DNA of 64,000 nucleotides, taken from NCBI GenBank assembly GCA_963823035.1, contig CAWGKG010000010.1, positions 192,001-256,000 on the forward strand, read 5' to 3'. The first letter of the stretch is position 1, and each line of letters begins with the position of its first letter. The stretch comes from an uncultured Gemmatimonadales bacterium (lineage in GTDB: Bacteria > Gemmatimonadota > Gemmatimonadetes > Longimicrobiales > Gaopeijiaceae). A model generated the notes under the pieces. That model made no database searches and had not been told where the DNA came from. It was given only the letters and a program-made list of their open reading frames with translations. Below, in pieces: positions 39,897 to 50,471 of the stretch. The position numbers and the translations under genes are program-made.

Positions 39897-42096
39897 CTAG
39901 GGCTTGTCGGTGGTGACGCCCCCGTCCACGAGCCAGTGCGTGAACCACTGGCGCAGGCGACCCAGCCGGTCCACCAGCAGCCAGGGCTCGCCCGTGCGCG
40001 ACAGGTCGTGGGTCGAGCGCGGGTAGCGGACGAACTCCACCGGCACGCCCTGCTTCCGCAGCGCGATGAACCACTCCTCGGCGCCGGTCATCGGCGTCCG
40101 GAAGTCCTCCTCGGACTGCACCATGAGCGTGGGCGTGCGCACGTTGGCCACGTGCGTGGCCGGCGACAGCTCGCGGTAGAGGTCGGGGTTGTCCCACGGC
40201 TTGCCGTAGAACTCGAACTCGGTGAGCCCCTGCGCGTCCGACGAGCCGTACCAGCTGAACCAGTCGCTGATCATGCGGTCCGTCTGCGCGGCCTTGAAGC
40301 GGTTCGTCTTCGTCGTGATCCACGCGGTCATGAAGCCGCCGTAGCTCCCGCCCGTCACGCCGATGTTGTCGGCGTCCACGTCCGGGCGCTGGATCGCGAC
40401 GTCCACGGCCTTCATCAGGTCCTCGTAGTCCTCCATCCCCCAGCGGCCGCGCGTCGAGTAGGTGAAGTCCGCGCCGTAGCCGCTGGAGCCGCGCGGGTTC
40501 GTGTACAGCACGAACATCCCCGCGCCGGTGATGTTGTGGAACTCGTCGAACCACCCCTCGCCGTACGCCGAGTGCGGGCCGCCGTGGATGTAGAGCACGA
40601 GCGGGTACTTCTTCCCCGCCTCGTAGCCGTACGGGTACTGCAGCCAGGCCTCGATCTCGAGCCCGCCCACCGAGGTGTAGGTGAAGCGGTCGGCCTTCGG
40701 CCAGGCGATCTCCGCGTTGAGCGGCGTCGTTGAAGCCGGTGAGCCGGCGCTCGTTCTTCCCGTCGATGTCGGCGACGAACAGCTCGGTCGGCTCGTCCAC
40801 GGACGTCGCCACGAACGCCACCTTCCGGTAGGCGTCGTCGTAGGAGAAGCCGTTGATGCGCCGCCGGCCCGACGACGACCTCCATGGGCGCGCCGCCCTT
40901 CGGATCCACGTGGAAGAGCGCCGTGCGCCCACCGACCGACGCGCTCATGGCGAGCTTCCCGTTCTTCATCCAGTCGACGCTCTGCGGCTCGTACTGCCAG
41001 TCGCCGAGCGCGTTGACGGGCTCGCGCGCCGCCCTGCGCGTCCACGATCCAGATGCGGTTCGACGAGGTGCGGGTCAGCGACGAAACGAAGGCGATCCGC
41101 TTCGAGTCGGGCGACCAGACCAGGCGCCCCTCGCTCCCGTTCATCCTGGTGACGCGTCGCGGCTCGCCGCCGGTGGCGGGAATCACGAAGACGTCCGCGT
41201 CGTTGCGCGGCTTCTCGTCGCGGTCCGCGTCGTAGGGGAGCTTCGCCAGGGAGTCGCGCTCGGCCTGCACCACCGAGTCGGGGCGCAGCTCCGGGTCGGC
41301 CACGAAGGCGATCCAACGCCCGTCGGGGGAGACCACGGCGTTCCGGTGCGAGTAGCGCGTGTCGGTGAGCTGCGTCTTGGCGGTGTCGCCGAAGGCCTGC
41401 CGCCAGATCTGCGCGGCGTTCCACTCGCGCGCCTCGCGCCGGTTCGGCAGGTAGCCGCGGCCGTTGCCCTTGAAGGGGAAGTCGACGATGTGGCGCCCGT
41501 CGAAGCGCTTCGGGTCGACCGGCTCGGTGATGCTCCCGAAGGGCGGCCGGGCCATCGGCTGCATGCGCGCGAACGGGTCGTCGTGCGCGGGGGCGACGCC
41601 TCCCCCTCACCCCCCTCCTCGTCGTCGTCGGCGCTCCGGGTGAACACCGCGAAGGACCCGTCCGCCGGCACGGAGCCCTGCGGCCATCCCTCGGGCTGCA
41701 CGGCCTCGCCGGAGGGCGAGCGGTCCATGCGCAGGGCCCAGGTGTTGCCGTCGCCCGCCCGGGCGCCGCGACGTGAAGAAGAGCCAGCTGCCGTCGTGGG
41801 ACCAGCGCGGGTTCGAGCTCTCCGTGCCGGGCGCCGTCAGGCGGACCGGATCGCCTCCGGCGGTCGGCACCATCCATACCTCGTTGTGCCGCTTGTTCCC
41901 GGCCTCGTCGATCGTCATGACCGTGAAGGCGACCCAGCGCCCGTCGGGCGACATCGCCGGCGAGGAGAGCGTGGTCAGCTTGTACCAGTCCTCCGGCGTG
42001 AAGGCGCGGCCCGCCGCGGAGGCGGCGGGTGATCTGGGCGGCGACGGGGCCGGCGAGGGCGAACAGAGCGACGAGCGTGGTGAGGGAGCGACGCAT
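39897..42096 (-). CDS. S9 (acylaminoacyl peptidase-like) serine peptidase, frameshifted
   Basis: Signal peptide; SPDG propeller repeats; IHGGPH, NPRGSSGYG, GGSYGG, EDFR, HDLSR. Confidence 0.88.
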
Positions 42097-42246
42097 GACC
42101 GGAACTCCGGTGGGCGTGGACGCACGGGTGCGGACGATCCGCTGAAGAGCGGACGCGAGATTAGCCGCGGGTCGCGGCCAGCGTCAACGACGGAGAGGCG
42201 CGGTGGCGGACACGGCGCCGTGCGGAGGTCCTGCGGAGGGTGCGTT

Positions 42247-42260
42247 CGCCCGACCGGGCG
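42247..42260 (-). promoter_or_regulatory. Candidate bacterial SECIS element
   Basis: mRNA CGCCC-GGUC-GGGCG; the loop starts 21 nt after the UGA at 42276-42278; possible lower pairing GCGU/ACGC. Confidence 0.6.
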
Positions 42261-42266
42261 TTCAGG

Positions 42267-42493
42267 TCACGACGCTCAGGTGAAGCCGCCGCTGCCGCAG
42301 CTCCCGCCGCCCGAGAACCGCCGGAGCCCGTCCGGCTCCCGGCGATCACGTTCACGGTCGTGTAGGCGCGATCCACCTGGTTCGAGCCGCAGGTGGGGCA
42401 GGTGCGACCCTCCCCGGCGGAGTACGCGGACATGGAGAGGCGTACCTCGAAGGGGGCCCCGCATTCCTTGCAGACGAAATCGTAGCTCGGCAT
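42267..42493 (-). CDS. FmdB-family zinc-ribbon protein, probable C-terminal selenocysteine; 1-nt deletion near 42315
   Basis: MPSYDFVCKECG..CPTCGS; the shifted tail reads GGGSCGSGGFT-TGA-AS-TGA. Confidence 0.8.
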
Positions 42494-42522
42494 GTATGAA
42501 ATAATATAGATAATTCGATGTA
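42494..42522 (-). promoter_or_regulatory. AT-rich promoter, probably leaderless (-10 TATATT 9 nt before the ATG)
   Basis: tacatcgaattatcTATATTatttcatacATG; the most AT-rich patch I noticed in the window; no Shine-Dalgarno. Confidence 0.55.
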
Positions 42523-42590
42523 AGGGAAGGCCGCAGGGGGTGGTAGGACTTGCGGGGAACCGAGCCGTCGAGGGTGGCGAGCAGCACGGA

Positions 42591-43349
42591 CTACCGTCCG
42601 ACGTCCTGTCGCGCCAGGGTGGAGGTCACCTGGTTGGCGAGCAATTCGCGGACGAGAGGAATGCGGCTGGCCCACACCTGTCCCTTCACGTAGTCGATCC
42701 GCATGGACTCCGGTCGGAGGCCGGCCAGAGCGAGGAGCTCGCGGAATCGCCCCACCGTCATCTTGTTCAGTCCGCCCTCGACCTCTTCATATCGGGTCGC
42801 CCCATCCCGCACGTAGCGGCTGCGAACGGCCATCACGGCAGCCTCGGGGAAGACGTACTGCACCCACGGCACCTTGGTGAAGAAGTGCATGTGCGCCCCG
42901 TAGGGCGCCATCCATGTCGGGCAGAAGCTCATCAGGATCCTGCCTCCGGGGGCGAGGATCTCCCGCATCTGGCTGAGCACGCCGAGCGGGTCGGAGAAGT
43001 GTTCCATCGAATCGATCGACACGACCCAATCGACCGGCGCACTCGGCACATGACGGGTGAACTGCACGAGGTCGCCTCCTGGCGCGGTCCGACCCACCTC
43101 CAGAAGGCGCTCCTGGATGTCGAGCCCGACAACCGAGCAGCCAGCGCGTGCCAGCGCAATCGACAGAGCACCTCCTCCACAGCCGAAGTCGAGCACTCGG
43201 CCACCGATCATGGGCTTGAGCGCGTCCGGCCACCTCTCGGAGAACAGGCGCAACGCCTCGTCGGGATCGAGCGCATCCTCCCGGCCATCCACACTGCCTG
43301 GGGGCTTCGAGAGGAGCGTCAGCACCGCTTTGGAGAGTCCCGTGAACAT
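42591..43349 (-). CDS. Class I SAM-dependent methyltransferase
   Basis: VLDFGCGGG, VVGLDI, SMEHFSDP, LAPGG, PYGAH, LNKMT; visibly less GC-biased than its neighbours. Confidence 0.85.
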   Translation of the reverse strand: MFTGLSKAVLTLLSKPPGSVDGREDALDPDEALRLFSERWPDALKPMIGGRVLDFGCGGGALSIALARAGCSVVGLDIQERLLEVGRTAPGGDLVQFTRHVPSAPVDWVVSIDSMEHFSDPLGVLSQMREILAPGGRILMSFCPTWMAPYGAHMHFFTKVPWVQYVFPEAAVMAVRSRYVRDGATRYEEVEGGLNKMTVGRFRELLALAGLRPESMRIDYVKGQVWASRIPLVRELLANQVTSTLARQDVGR

Positions 43350-43658
43350 CGGCAACAGGCCGGAAGAGTGCTTCGGCTGCCGGTGAATCCGTCCGGCATC
43401 GTGGCACGCGGATAGAAGGCGGCGTCGAGTGCCTCGGAGTGGCGCCTCGGCAGCATGGCAGCGTCCGAGGATCCCATCGGGCCTGGACCTGCCGTATAGT
43501 AGTCTCCTGAATCGAGTTGCGCCCCCTTGCCGGGACCCGGGGAGGGAGGGACGCACGACCCGGCGGCGTCGGAGCTTTGCGCAACGCCCGTCCAGGGAGC
43601 ACATTCGACGCTCTCTCATCAACATCCGCGGCGCCATGAGTCGGGGGGTCTCGTGCGC

Positions 43659-44707
43659 ATGCTCGAAGAGAAGCTCGCCCGGGCGAGGCTCCTCATCGTC
43701 GACGACGATGAAGCCGACACCCTTCTCCTGCGTCGGATCCTGGAGAACGGTGGCTACACCGACATCCGGAGCACGAACGATCCGGCGGCGGCCGCCGACC
43801 TGATCGAACGGCTGGACCCGGATCTGATCCTCCTCGACCTGCTCATGCCGGTCATGGACGGCTACGAGGTCCTGCAGGTCGCCCGGGCCCTGACGCCGGA
43901 GGACGACTACCGCCCGGTGCTCGTGCTCACGGCGGATCACAGGCACGACGCGAAGCACAGGGCGCTGTCGGGCGGCGCCAGGGACTTCCTCACCAAGCCG
44001 TTCAGCCCCGACGGAGGTGAGGCTGCGCGTACGCAATCTGCTCGAGACGCGGTTCCTCCATCAGCAGCTCCAACAGCAGAACGAGCAGCTCGAGGAGCGC
44101 GTCAGGGAGCGAACGGCCGACCTCGAGAGGGCGCGCATGCAGATGCTCATGCGTCTGGCCCAGGCGGCCGAGTTCCGCGACGACGCCACCGGAGAGCACA
44201 CGAAGCGGGTGGGGAGCACCTCGAGCCAGATCGCGCGGGAGCTCGGCATGGACCCGATGAGCGTGGAGACCGTGCGGCTCGCGGCCCCCCTGCACGACGT
44301 CGGGAAGATCGGGATCCCGGACTCCATCCTCCGCTGCCCGGAACGCCTGACCCCCGATCAATACGAGGTCATGAAGACCCACTGCGCGATCGGCGCCGAC
44401 CTGCTGGCGGGCACCGACATTCCGCTCCTGGAGCTCGCGGCCGAGATCGCGCTCTGCCACCACGAGCGCTGGGACGGGTTCGGCTATCCGCGGGGGCTCG
44501 CGGGTGAGGAGCATCCCGCTGTCGGGACGCATCGTGGCGGTGGCCGACGCCTGGGACGCCCTCACGAGCCAGCGACCGTACAAGCGCGCCTGGCCGGAGC
44601 GGGAGGCGCTCACCGAGCTGGAGGACAAGGCGGGGCTCCAGTTCGATCCCCGGGTGGTGGAGGCGTTCCGGAATACGCGACGGACCAGGGCGGCCTACGG
44701 GGGTTGA
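43659..44707 (+). CDS. REC + HD-GYP cyclic-di-GMP phosphodiesterase (RpfG-like), frameshifted
   Basis: IVDDD, LLDLLMP, FLTKP / [30 protein letters not shown] / [19 protein letters not shown]. Confidence 0.9.
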
Positions 44708-44839
44708 TCGGCGGCATGCGGTCGGCCGAGGACGCGCGGTCTTCCGCGTCACGCTCCCACGCACGAATGTAGGCGGGGGATCGGCGGGGAAGCCCGACGT
44801 GCCGGTCCTCGGCAACGGTGACTCCTGCCAGGAAACCCC

Positions 44840-47194
44840 ATGAGCGGAACGACTTCCCCCACGATCGCGCGCGGCGCCGCGCGCCCCCTCGCCCTCGCGC
44901 TGCTGCTCTCCGCGGGGGCCGCCGGCCTCGTGCGTGCCCAGCAGCCCGCCCCGTACCACCCCGATCGCCTGAGCGCCGACACCTACCAACGCGCGGAGGC
45001 GTTCCTGTCCGACCGGACCGATCCGCTCGTGTTCGGCGCGTCGGTGCGCCCCGTCTGGGTGGACGGCGATCGCTTCTGGTATCGCAACGACGCCCCCGAG
45101 GGAGAGGAGTTCGTCGTCGTCGACGCCGCCCGCCGCCGGCGCGCACGGGCCTTCGACCACGAGGTGCTCGCGCGCGCCCTGTCGGCGGCGATGGACTCGA
45201 CGGTGTCGCCGTTCGCGCTGCCGTTCTCCAGCTTCGACTTCGTCGACGGCGGAATCCGCTTCGACGTGGGTGATCGCTCCTTCACCTGCGACGTCGACGC
45301 AGGACGCTGCTCGGGCCGGCCGCGTGACGACGGTCCCGGGCGGGACTACGTGCTGTCGCCCGACGGGACGAAGGCGGCCTTCCGCAGGGACGAGAACCTC
45401 TGGGTCCTGGACGTCGCGACGGGCGTCGAGACGCAGCTCACGAAGGACGGCATCGAGGACTACGGCTACGCGACGGACAACGCCGGGTGGACGAAGAGCG
45501 ACCGGCCGGTGGTGCTCTGGTCACCCGACTCGAAGAAGATCGCGACCTTCCAGCAGGACCAGCGCGGCGTGGGCGAGATGTACCTCGTGAGCACCAGGGC
45601 CGGGCATCCGGAGCTGCAGGCGTGGAAGTACCCGCTGCCCGAGGACTCGGTGATCTTCCGCATCTCGCGGGTGGTGGTGCACCTCGACGGGCCGCGCGTG
45701 GTGCGCCTGAAGATGCCGCCCGACCAGCATCGCTCGACGATCTGCGACGACATCTCCTGCGACGGTGGCTTCACCGACGTGGAGTGGAGCCCCGACTCCG
45801 GGCGCCTGGCGTTCGTCTCCAGCTCACGCGACCACAAGGACGCGACGCTCCGCGTCGCCGACGCCGCGACCGGAGACGTGCGCGACGTCCTCTCCGAGCA
45901 CGTGGAGACCTTCTACGAGTCCGGCTTCAACGCCGTGAACTGGCGCTTCCTGCCCGGCTCGAACGAGGTCCTCTGGTACTCCCAGCGCGACGACTGGGGG
46001 CACCTCTATCTCTACGACCTCACCACCGGGAAGCTGAAGCGGCAGATCACGACGGGGAGCTGGAACGTGCTGCAGCTGCGCCGGGTCGACGAGGACGGGC
46101 GCAAGCTCTGGTTCACGGGCGCGGGGCGCGAGCCGGGCGATCCGTACTTCCAGTACTTCTACAGCGTCGGGATGGACGGAGGGGAGCCGAAGCTGCTCAC
46201 CCCGGACAGCGCCAACCACACCGTCACCCTCTCGCCCTCCGGGAAGTACTTCGTCGACTCGTGGTCGACGCCCGTGGTCCCGCCCGAGACGGTCGTGCGC
46301 GACCTGGACGGCAAGCAGGTGGTCGCCGTGGAGAAGGCGGACGTCTCGAAGCTCGTCGCGTCCGGATGGAAGCCGCCGACGCCCTTCACGGTGAAGGCGC
46401 GCGACGGGAAGACCGACCTCTACGGGCTCATGTTCACGCCCACCGACATGGACCCGTCCAGGAAGTACCCGGTGGTGGACTACATCTATCCGGGCCCGCA
46501 GACGGGATCCATCGGCAGCCGCAGCTTCAGCGCGGCGCGTCGCGACCATCAGGCGATGGCCGAGCTGGGCTTCATCGTGGTGGCCCTCGACGCGATGGGC
46601 ACGCCCATGCGCTCCAAGTCCTTCCATGCGGCCTACTACGGCGACATGGGTGACAACGGTCTGCCGGATCAGGTGTCCGGCATCCGCCAGCTCGCGGTGG
46701 AGCACCCGTGGATGGACCTCGACCGGGTCGGCATCTGGGGGCACTCCGGGGGAGGCTTCGCGTCCACGGACGGCATCCTCACGTACCCCGACTTCTTCAA
46801 GGTCGCGGTGTCGGAGGCGGGCAACCACGACAACCGGATCTACGAGGACGACTGGGGCGAGAAGTGGCAGGGGCTGCTGGTGGAGCGGCCCGACGGCACG
46901 ACCAACTACGACAACCAGGCCAACCAGCTGAAGGTCGAGAACCTGAAGGGGAAGCTGTTGCTGGCCCACGGCACGCTGGACGACAACGTACCGCCCAACA
47001 ACACCCTCGCGGTGGTGAACGCGCTCATCGCGGCGAACAAGGACTTCGACCTCGTCATGCTCCCCAACCGCCGCCACGGCTTCGCGATGGAGCCGTACAT
47101 GATCCGACGGCGGTGGGACTACTTCGTGAAGAACCTCCTGGGTGCGGAGCCGCCCAAGGGCTACGAGATCGGGGGACGGCGCCCCATCTCCTGA
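44840..47194 (+). CDS. S9B dipeptidyl peptidase IV-family serine peptidase
   Basis: DPP IV N-terminal propeller; YPGPQ, GHSGGG, HGTLDDNV, RRHG. Confidence 0.92.
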   Translation: MSGTTSPTIARGAARPLALALLLSAGAAGLVRAQQPAPYHPDRLSADTYQRAEAFLSDRTDPLVFGASVRPVWVDGDRFWYRNDAPEGEEFVVVDAARRRRARAFDHEVLARALSAAMDSTVSPFALPFSSFDFVDGGIRFDVGDRSFTCDVDAGRCSGRPRDDGPGRDYVLSPDGTKAAFRRDENLWVLDVATGVETQLTKDGIEDYGYATDNAGWTKSDRPVVLWSPDSKKIATFQQDQRGVGEMYLVSTRAGHPELQAWKYPLPEDSVIFRISRVVVHLDGPRVVRLKMPPDQHRSTICDDISCDGGFTDVEWSPDSGRLAFVSSSRDHKDATLRVADAATGDVRDVLSEHVETFYESGFNAVNWRFLPGSNEVLWYSQRDDWGHLYLYDLTTGKLKRQITTGSWNVLQLRRVDEDGRKLWFTGAGREPGDPYFQYFYSVGMDGGEPKLLTPDSANHTVTLSPSGKYFVDSWSTPVVPPETVVRDLDGKQVVAVEKADVSKLVASGWKPPTPFTVKARDGKTDLYGLMFTPTDMDPSRKYPVVDYIYPGPQTGSIGSRSFSAARRDHQAMAELGFIVVALDAMGTPMRSKSFHAAYYGDMGDNGLPDQVSGIRQLAVEHPWMDLDRVGIWGHSGGGFASTDGILTYPDFFKVAVSEAGNHDNRIYEDDWGEKWQGLLVERPDGTTNYDNQANQLKVENLKGKLLLAHGTLDDNVPPNNTLAVVNALIAANKDFDLVMLPNRRHGFAMEPYMIRRRWDYFVKNLLGAEPPKGYEIGGRRPIS

Positions 47195-47230
47195 GCCACG
47201 GTGCGCGCCGCGCGCCGGCCGCTCCCGCCA

Positions 47231-49942
47231 TCACTCCTCGCGGAGCGTGACCGCCGGATCCACGCGCATGGCGCGCCGGGTCGGGATCCAGCAGGCCGCC
47301 GCCGCCACGACGGCGAAGAGGAGCGCCGCGGTCCCGTAGGATGCCGGATCCTCGGGCGCTACGCCGAACAACCGGCTTCTCAGCACCCGGGATAGCGCCC
47401 AGGCGCCACCGAGGCCCAGCACGGTGCCCGCCCCGACGATCGACGCGGCCTGGCGCAGGACGACCGACGCGATGTTGCGGGCCTCCGCTCCGAGCGCCAG
47501 GCGTACACCGAACTCCCGCCGCCGGCCCGCGACCCCGAAGGCGACGACGCCGTAGAGACCCACCGCCGCCAGTGTCACCGCGAGGATCGACAGGAGCCCC
47601 ACCAGCCGGCTGAACGTGCGCTCCTCCGCGTGGACGTAGTCGACCCGTGCGGAGAGGGGCGTAGGGTCGGGAACGGGCTGATCCGGTAGGAGTCCCTCGA
47701 CGGCGCTCCGGATGCGCCGCGCTACGTCGGCATCGAATCGCGACGTACGCGTCAGGAGGGTGACGTCGCCGAAGGGTGGCGCATCGGCGTAGGTGACGAA
47801 GTAGGCGTCCTCCGGCTGGTCCGGCGTGTACGCCGTGCTGAAGTCCCGCACGACACCGACGACCTTCCTCTCTTCCGGATCCACGAACCCCGCAAGCACC
47901 GTGCGCCCCGCCACGTCCGTGCGTCCGAAGAGGCGACGCGCGAGGGAGGCGGTGAGTACGACGCCGGCCGAGGCGTTGGTGCTCCAGTCGTCTGCCCGGA
48001 ACGTGCGCCCACTCACCGCCGGCACCCTCAGGAGCTCGAACCACCCGGGGGTGACCGGGATGATCCGGACCCGGAGGAGGCCGGGATCGGGCGACTCCGG
48101 CAAGCCGACCCGACCCAGGATCTGCGAGCCGTTGGGCCCGTGGGGATCGAGCGCCGCGCCCTCGACGTCCGGTAGCGCCTCCACGCTGGCCAGGATGCCC
48201 CGATACATCGCGTCGAGCTCAGCCGGCGTGGCCTCACGAGGTGGCTCCACCGAAAGCTCGGAGACCCCTTCGATGGAGAGCCCGGTGTCGACGGCATAGA
48301 GGTTGTGGATGGTGCGCACCAGGAGCAGCGCCCCGACCACGAGCGAGAGGCTCACGGCGAGCTGGCCCGCGGACAGCGCCGAGCGGACGCGACCCGATCG
48401 TCCGGTGTCCCGCGCCCCCGACTGCCGGAAGGACGTGACGATGTCGAAGCGGCCCGCCAGGAGCGCCGGGACGGTGCCGAACAGCAGGGCGGTGGCCACG
48501 GAGGCGACGCTGGCGAACAGGAGCACGCGCCCGTCGAGCACCAGCCCTTCGAAGGCGGGCATACCCGTCAGCCGCGCGCCTCTGAGGGGGAGCGCCAAGA
48601 GCCAACCCACGCCGAGGCCCCCAACGGTGCCCAGCGTCGCCAGGAGCAGGCTGAGGACCAGGTGCTGCCGCGCGATGCGGCCCGGCGACGCACCGAGGGC
48701 CCGGCGCGTTGCCGTCGCACCACGCCGCCCGACGTTCCGGAAGAGGAGGAGGTTCGCCACGTTGGCGCAGGCGATGAGCAGCACCAGGGCGACGATTGCC
48801 CCCAGCGTGCGCAGCGATCGGTAGGTGAGCGCCCGGACGATCGGCGGTGTGTCGAGACCCGGATACAGGCGGGGACGCAGCTCGGTGAGACGCGGATCCC
48901 CCTCGTCCCGTGCGAGTCGGCCGAGGGTCTCGGCGATCCGTCCTTCGACCGCCTCCACGCGCGCGCCGGAAGCGAGTCGCACGACGATGTCGCCATGGAG
49001 GTCCGCGTCCCGGCTGCGCAGGCGCTCGGGCGTCGCGCCAAAGAGGGGAACGAGCGCGCCGAAGGGCAGCCACACGTCGATGTCGATTCCCCGCTCGGGG
49101 CCCCTGAAACCGCCCCCGGCCACGCCCACCACGGTCACACTCCGCTCGTTCATCCGGATCGACCTTCCGACGGCACCCGTGCCCGTGCCGAAGAGGAGCG
49201 TGCTCAGCCGTTCGCTGACGACGGCCCTCAGCGGATCCGCGCCCAACTCCGTCTCCGGCGCCTCGAGGAGACGGCCGGCGGCGGGTCGCACACCGAGCAC
49301 CTCGAAGAAATCGCCGTAGATCCGCTCTCCGTAGACGGCGACCGGGCGGGCGTCGTCGCGGGAGACGTGCAGCCCGAGGAGCCCATACGACGCCATCTCC
49401 TCGACAAGGACCCCGTCGCGTCGCAGCACGTCGAAATCCGGCGTGGAGATCCCCTCCCCGTTCCATCCCTCGGGCCGTTCGGGCGAGCGGAACTGCACGT
49501 AGGCCGCGCTTCCGCTGTTCGCCGCCCCCGGCAGGGGCCGGAGAAGGAGCTGGTTCACCATCCCGAAGACCGCGGCCGTCGAGCCCACGCCCAGCGCGAG
49601 CGTCACGACGGTGAGCGCCGCGAACCCACGCTCTCTGCGGAGCGTGCGGAACGCGTCCCTGAGGTCGCCGAGGAGCTCTGCTCCGGTCCCGGCGCCGGCT
49701 CGCCGGACCGGGCCGGACGGCGGCCGGTCCCGTCGCACGCCGCTTCGGGGAAGCGCCCGGGCCGCGGCGGACGCCAGGACATCACGCAGGTAGCGCCGCG
49801 CGGCCGGGCCTCGGCCCTCCCGTGCGGCACGCCGAACGTACAACTCCTCGAGGTCGCCGATGATGAACTCGCGGTCGGCGGCAGGGAGCACGATCCGGGC
49901 GAGGAGCCGGAGGAGCCGGGGCCCCCGGTCGGGGCGGCTCAC
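47231..49942 (-). CDS. ADOP-type duplicated permease with class B prefix
   Basis: [78 protein letters not shown] overlap with the padR stop. Confidence 0.9.
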   Translation of the reverse strand: MSRPDRGPRLLRLLARIVLPAADREFIIGDLEELYVRRAAREGRGPAARRYLRDVLASAAARALPRSGVRRDRPPSGPVRRAGAGTGAELLGDLRDAFRTLRRERGFAALTVVTLALGVGSTAAVFGMVNQLLLRPLPGAANSGSAAYVQFRSPERPEGWNGEGISTPDFDVLRRDGVLVEEMASYGLLGLHVSRDDARPVAVYGERIYGDFFEVLGVRPAAGRLLEAPETELGADPLRAVVSERLSTLLFGTGTGAVGRSIRMNERSVTVVGVAGGGFRGPERGIDIDVWLPFGALVPLFGATPERLRSRDADLHGDIVVRLASGARVEAVEGRIAETLGRLARDEGDPRLTELRPRLYPGLDTPPIVRALTYRSLRTLGAIVALVLLIACANVANLLLFRNVGRRGATATRRALGASPGRIARQHLVLSLLLATLGTVGGLGVGWLLALPLRGARLTGMPAFEGLVLDGRVLLFASVASVATALLFGTVPALLAGRFDIVTSFRQSGARDTGRSGRVRSALSAGQLAVSLSLVVGALLLVRTIHNLYAVDTGLSIEGVSELSVEPPREATPAELDAMYRGILASVEALPDVEGAALDPHGPNGSQILGRVGLPESPDPGLLRVRIIPVTPGWFELLRVPAVSGRTFRADDWSTNASAGVVLTASLARRLFGRTDVAGRTVLAGFVDPEERKVVGVVRDFSTAYTPDQPEDAYFVTYADAPPFGDVTLLTRTSRFDADVARRIRSAVEGLLPDQPVPDPTPLSARVDYVHAEERTFSRLVGLLSILAVTLAAVGLYGVVAFGVAGRRREFGVRLALGAEARNIASVVLRQAASIVGAGTVLGLGGAWALSRVLRSRLFGVAPEDPASYGTAALLFAVVAAAACWIPTRRAMRVDPAVTLREE

Positions 49943-50274
49943 GGGGCACCCTCCGCCAGCGCGTCCAGGCGCCCTCCCACGCCGTCGGCCAGATCGCGGA
50001 TGCCCGCGTACCACGCCCGCAGCTCGCGGGCACCTTCGGGGAGCAGGCGGTAGACCTTTCGCCGACGTCCGCCGCGTTCCGGCGTGGAATCGCCGATCCA
50101 CGCCTCCACGTAGCCCTTGCCCTGCAGTCGCTCCAGCACCGTGTAGAGAGCACCGGGTGCCACGCTGCGACCCACGCGCTCCTCGATCTCCGTCGCGATG
50201 GCCGCGCCGTGGGCTTCGCCGTCCAGGCGCAGTAGCGCCAACAGCACGACCTGCTCGAGCTCTCCCAGCGCCAC
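49939..50274 (-). CDS. PadR-family regulator (class B)
   Basis: LGELEQVVLLAL..GALYTVLERL..TPERGGRRRKVYRL; GGAGG RBS before the GTG. Confidence 0.92.
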   Translation of the reverse strand: MALGELEQVVLLALLRLDGEAHGAAIATEIEERVGRSVAPGALYTVLERLQGKGYVEAWIGDSTPERGGRRRKVYRLLPEGARELRAWYAGIRDLADGVGGRLDALAEGAP

Positions 50275-50471
50275 GGCTGCGCCTCCCTGACACGGACTCC
50301 CGACGATTCGATAACTAAAAAGTAGGTGTCGGCTCGGCAGTGACGCAAGAACCGGACGGGCTGCCGACCCGAGGGACTTCGCCGCGCGGAACGGAGAACG
50401 CCACCCCGTCTGTTCCGATGCGCGACTTCGCCCCAGAATGGGGCGTGCCTTCAAACCGGACGGATGAGACG

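Noticed and set aside
43402..43418. Possible sigma-54 promoter (TGGCAC)
   Set aside because: The -12 TTGC element is absent (TAGA instead).
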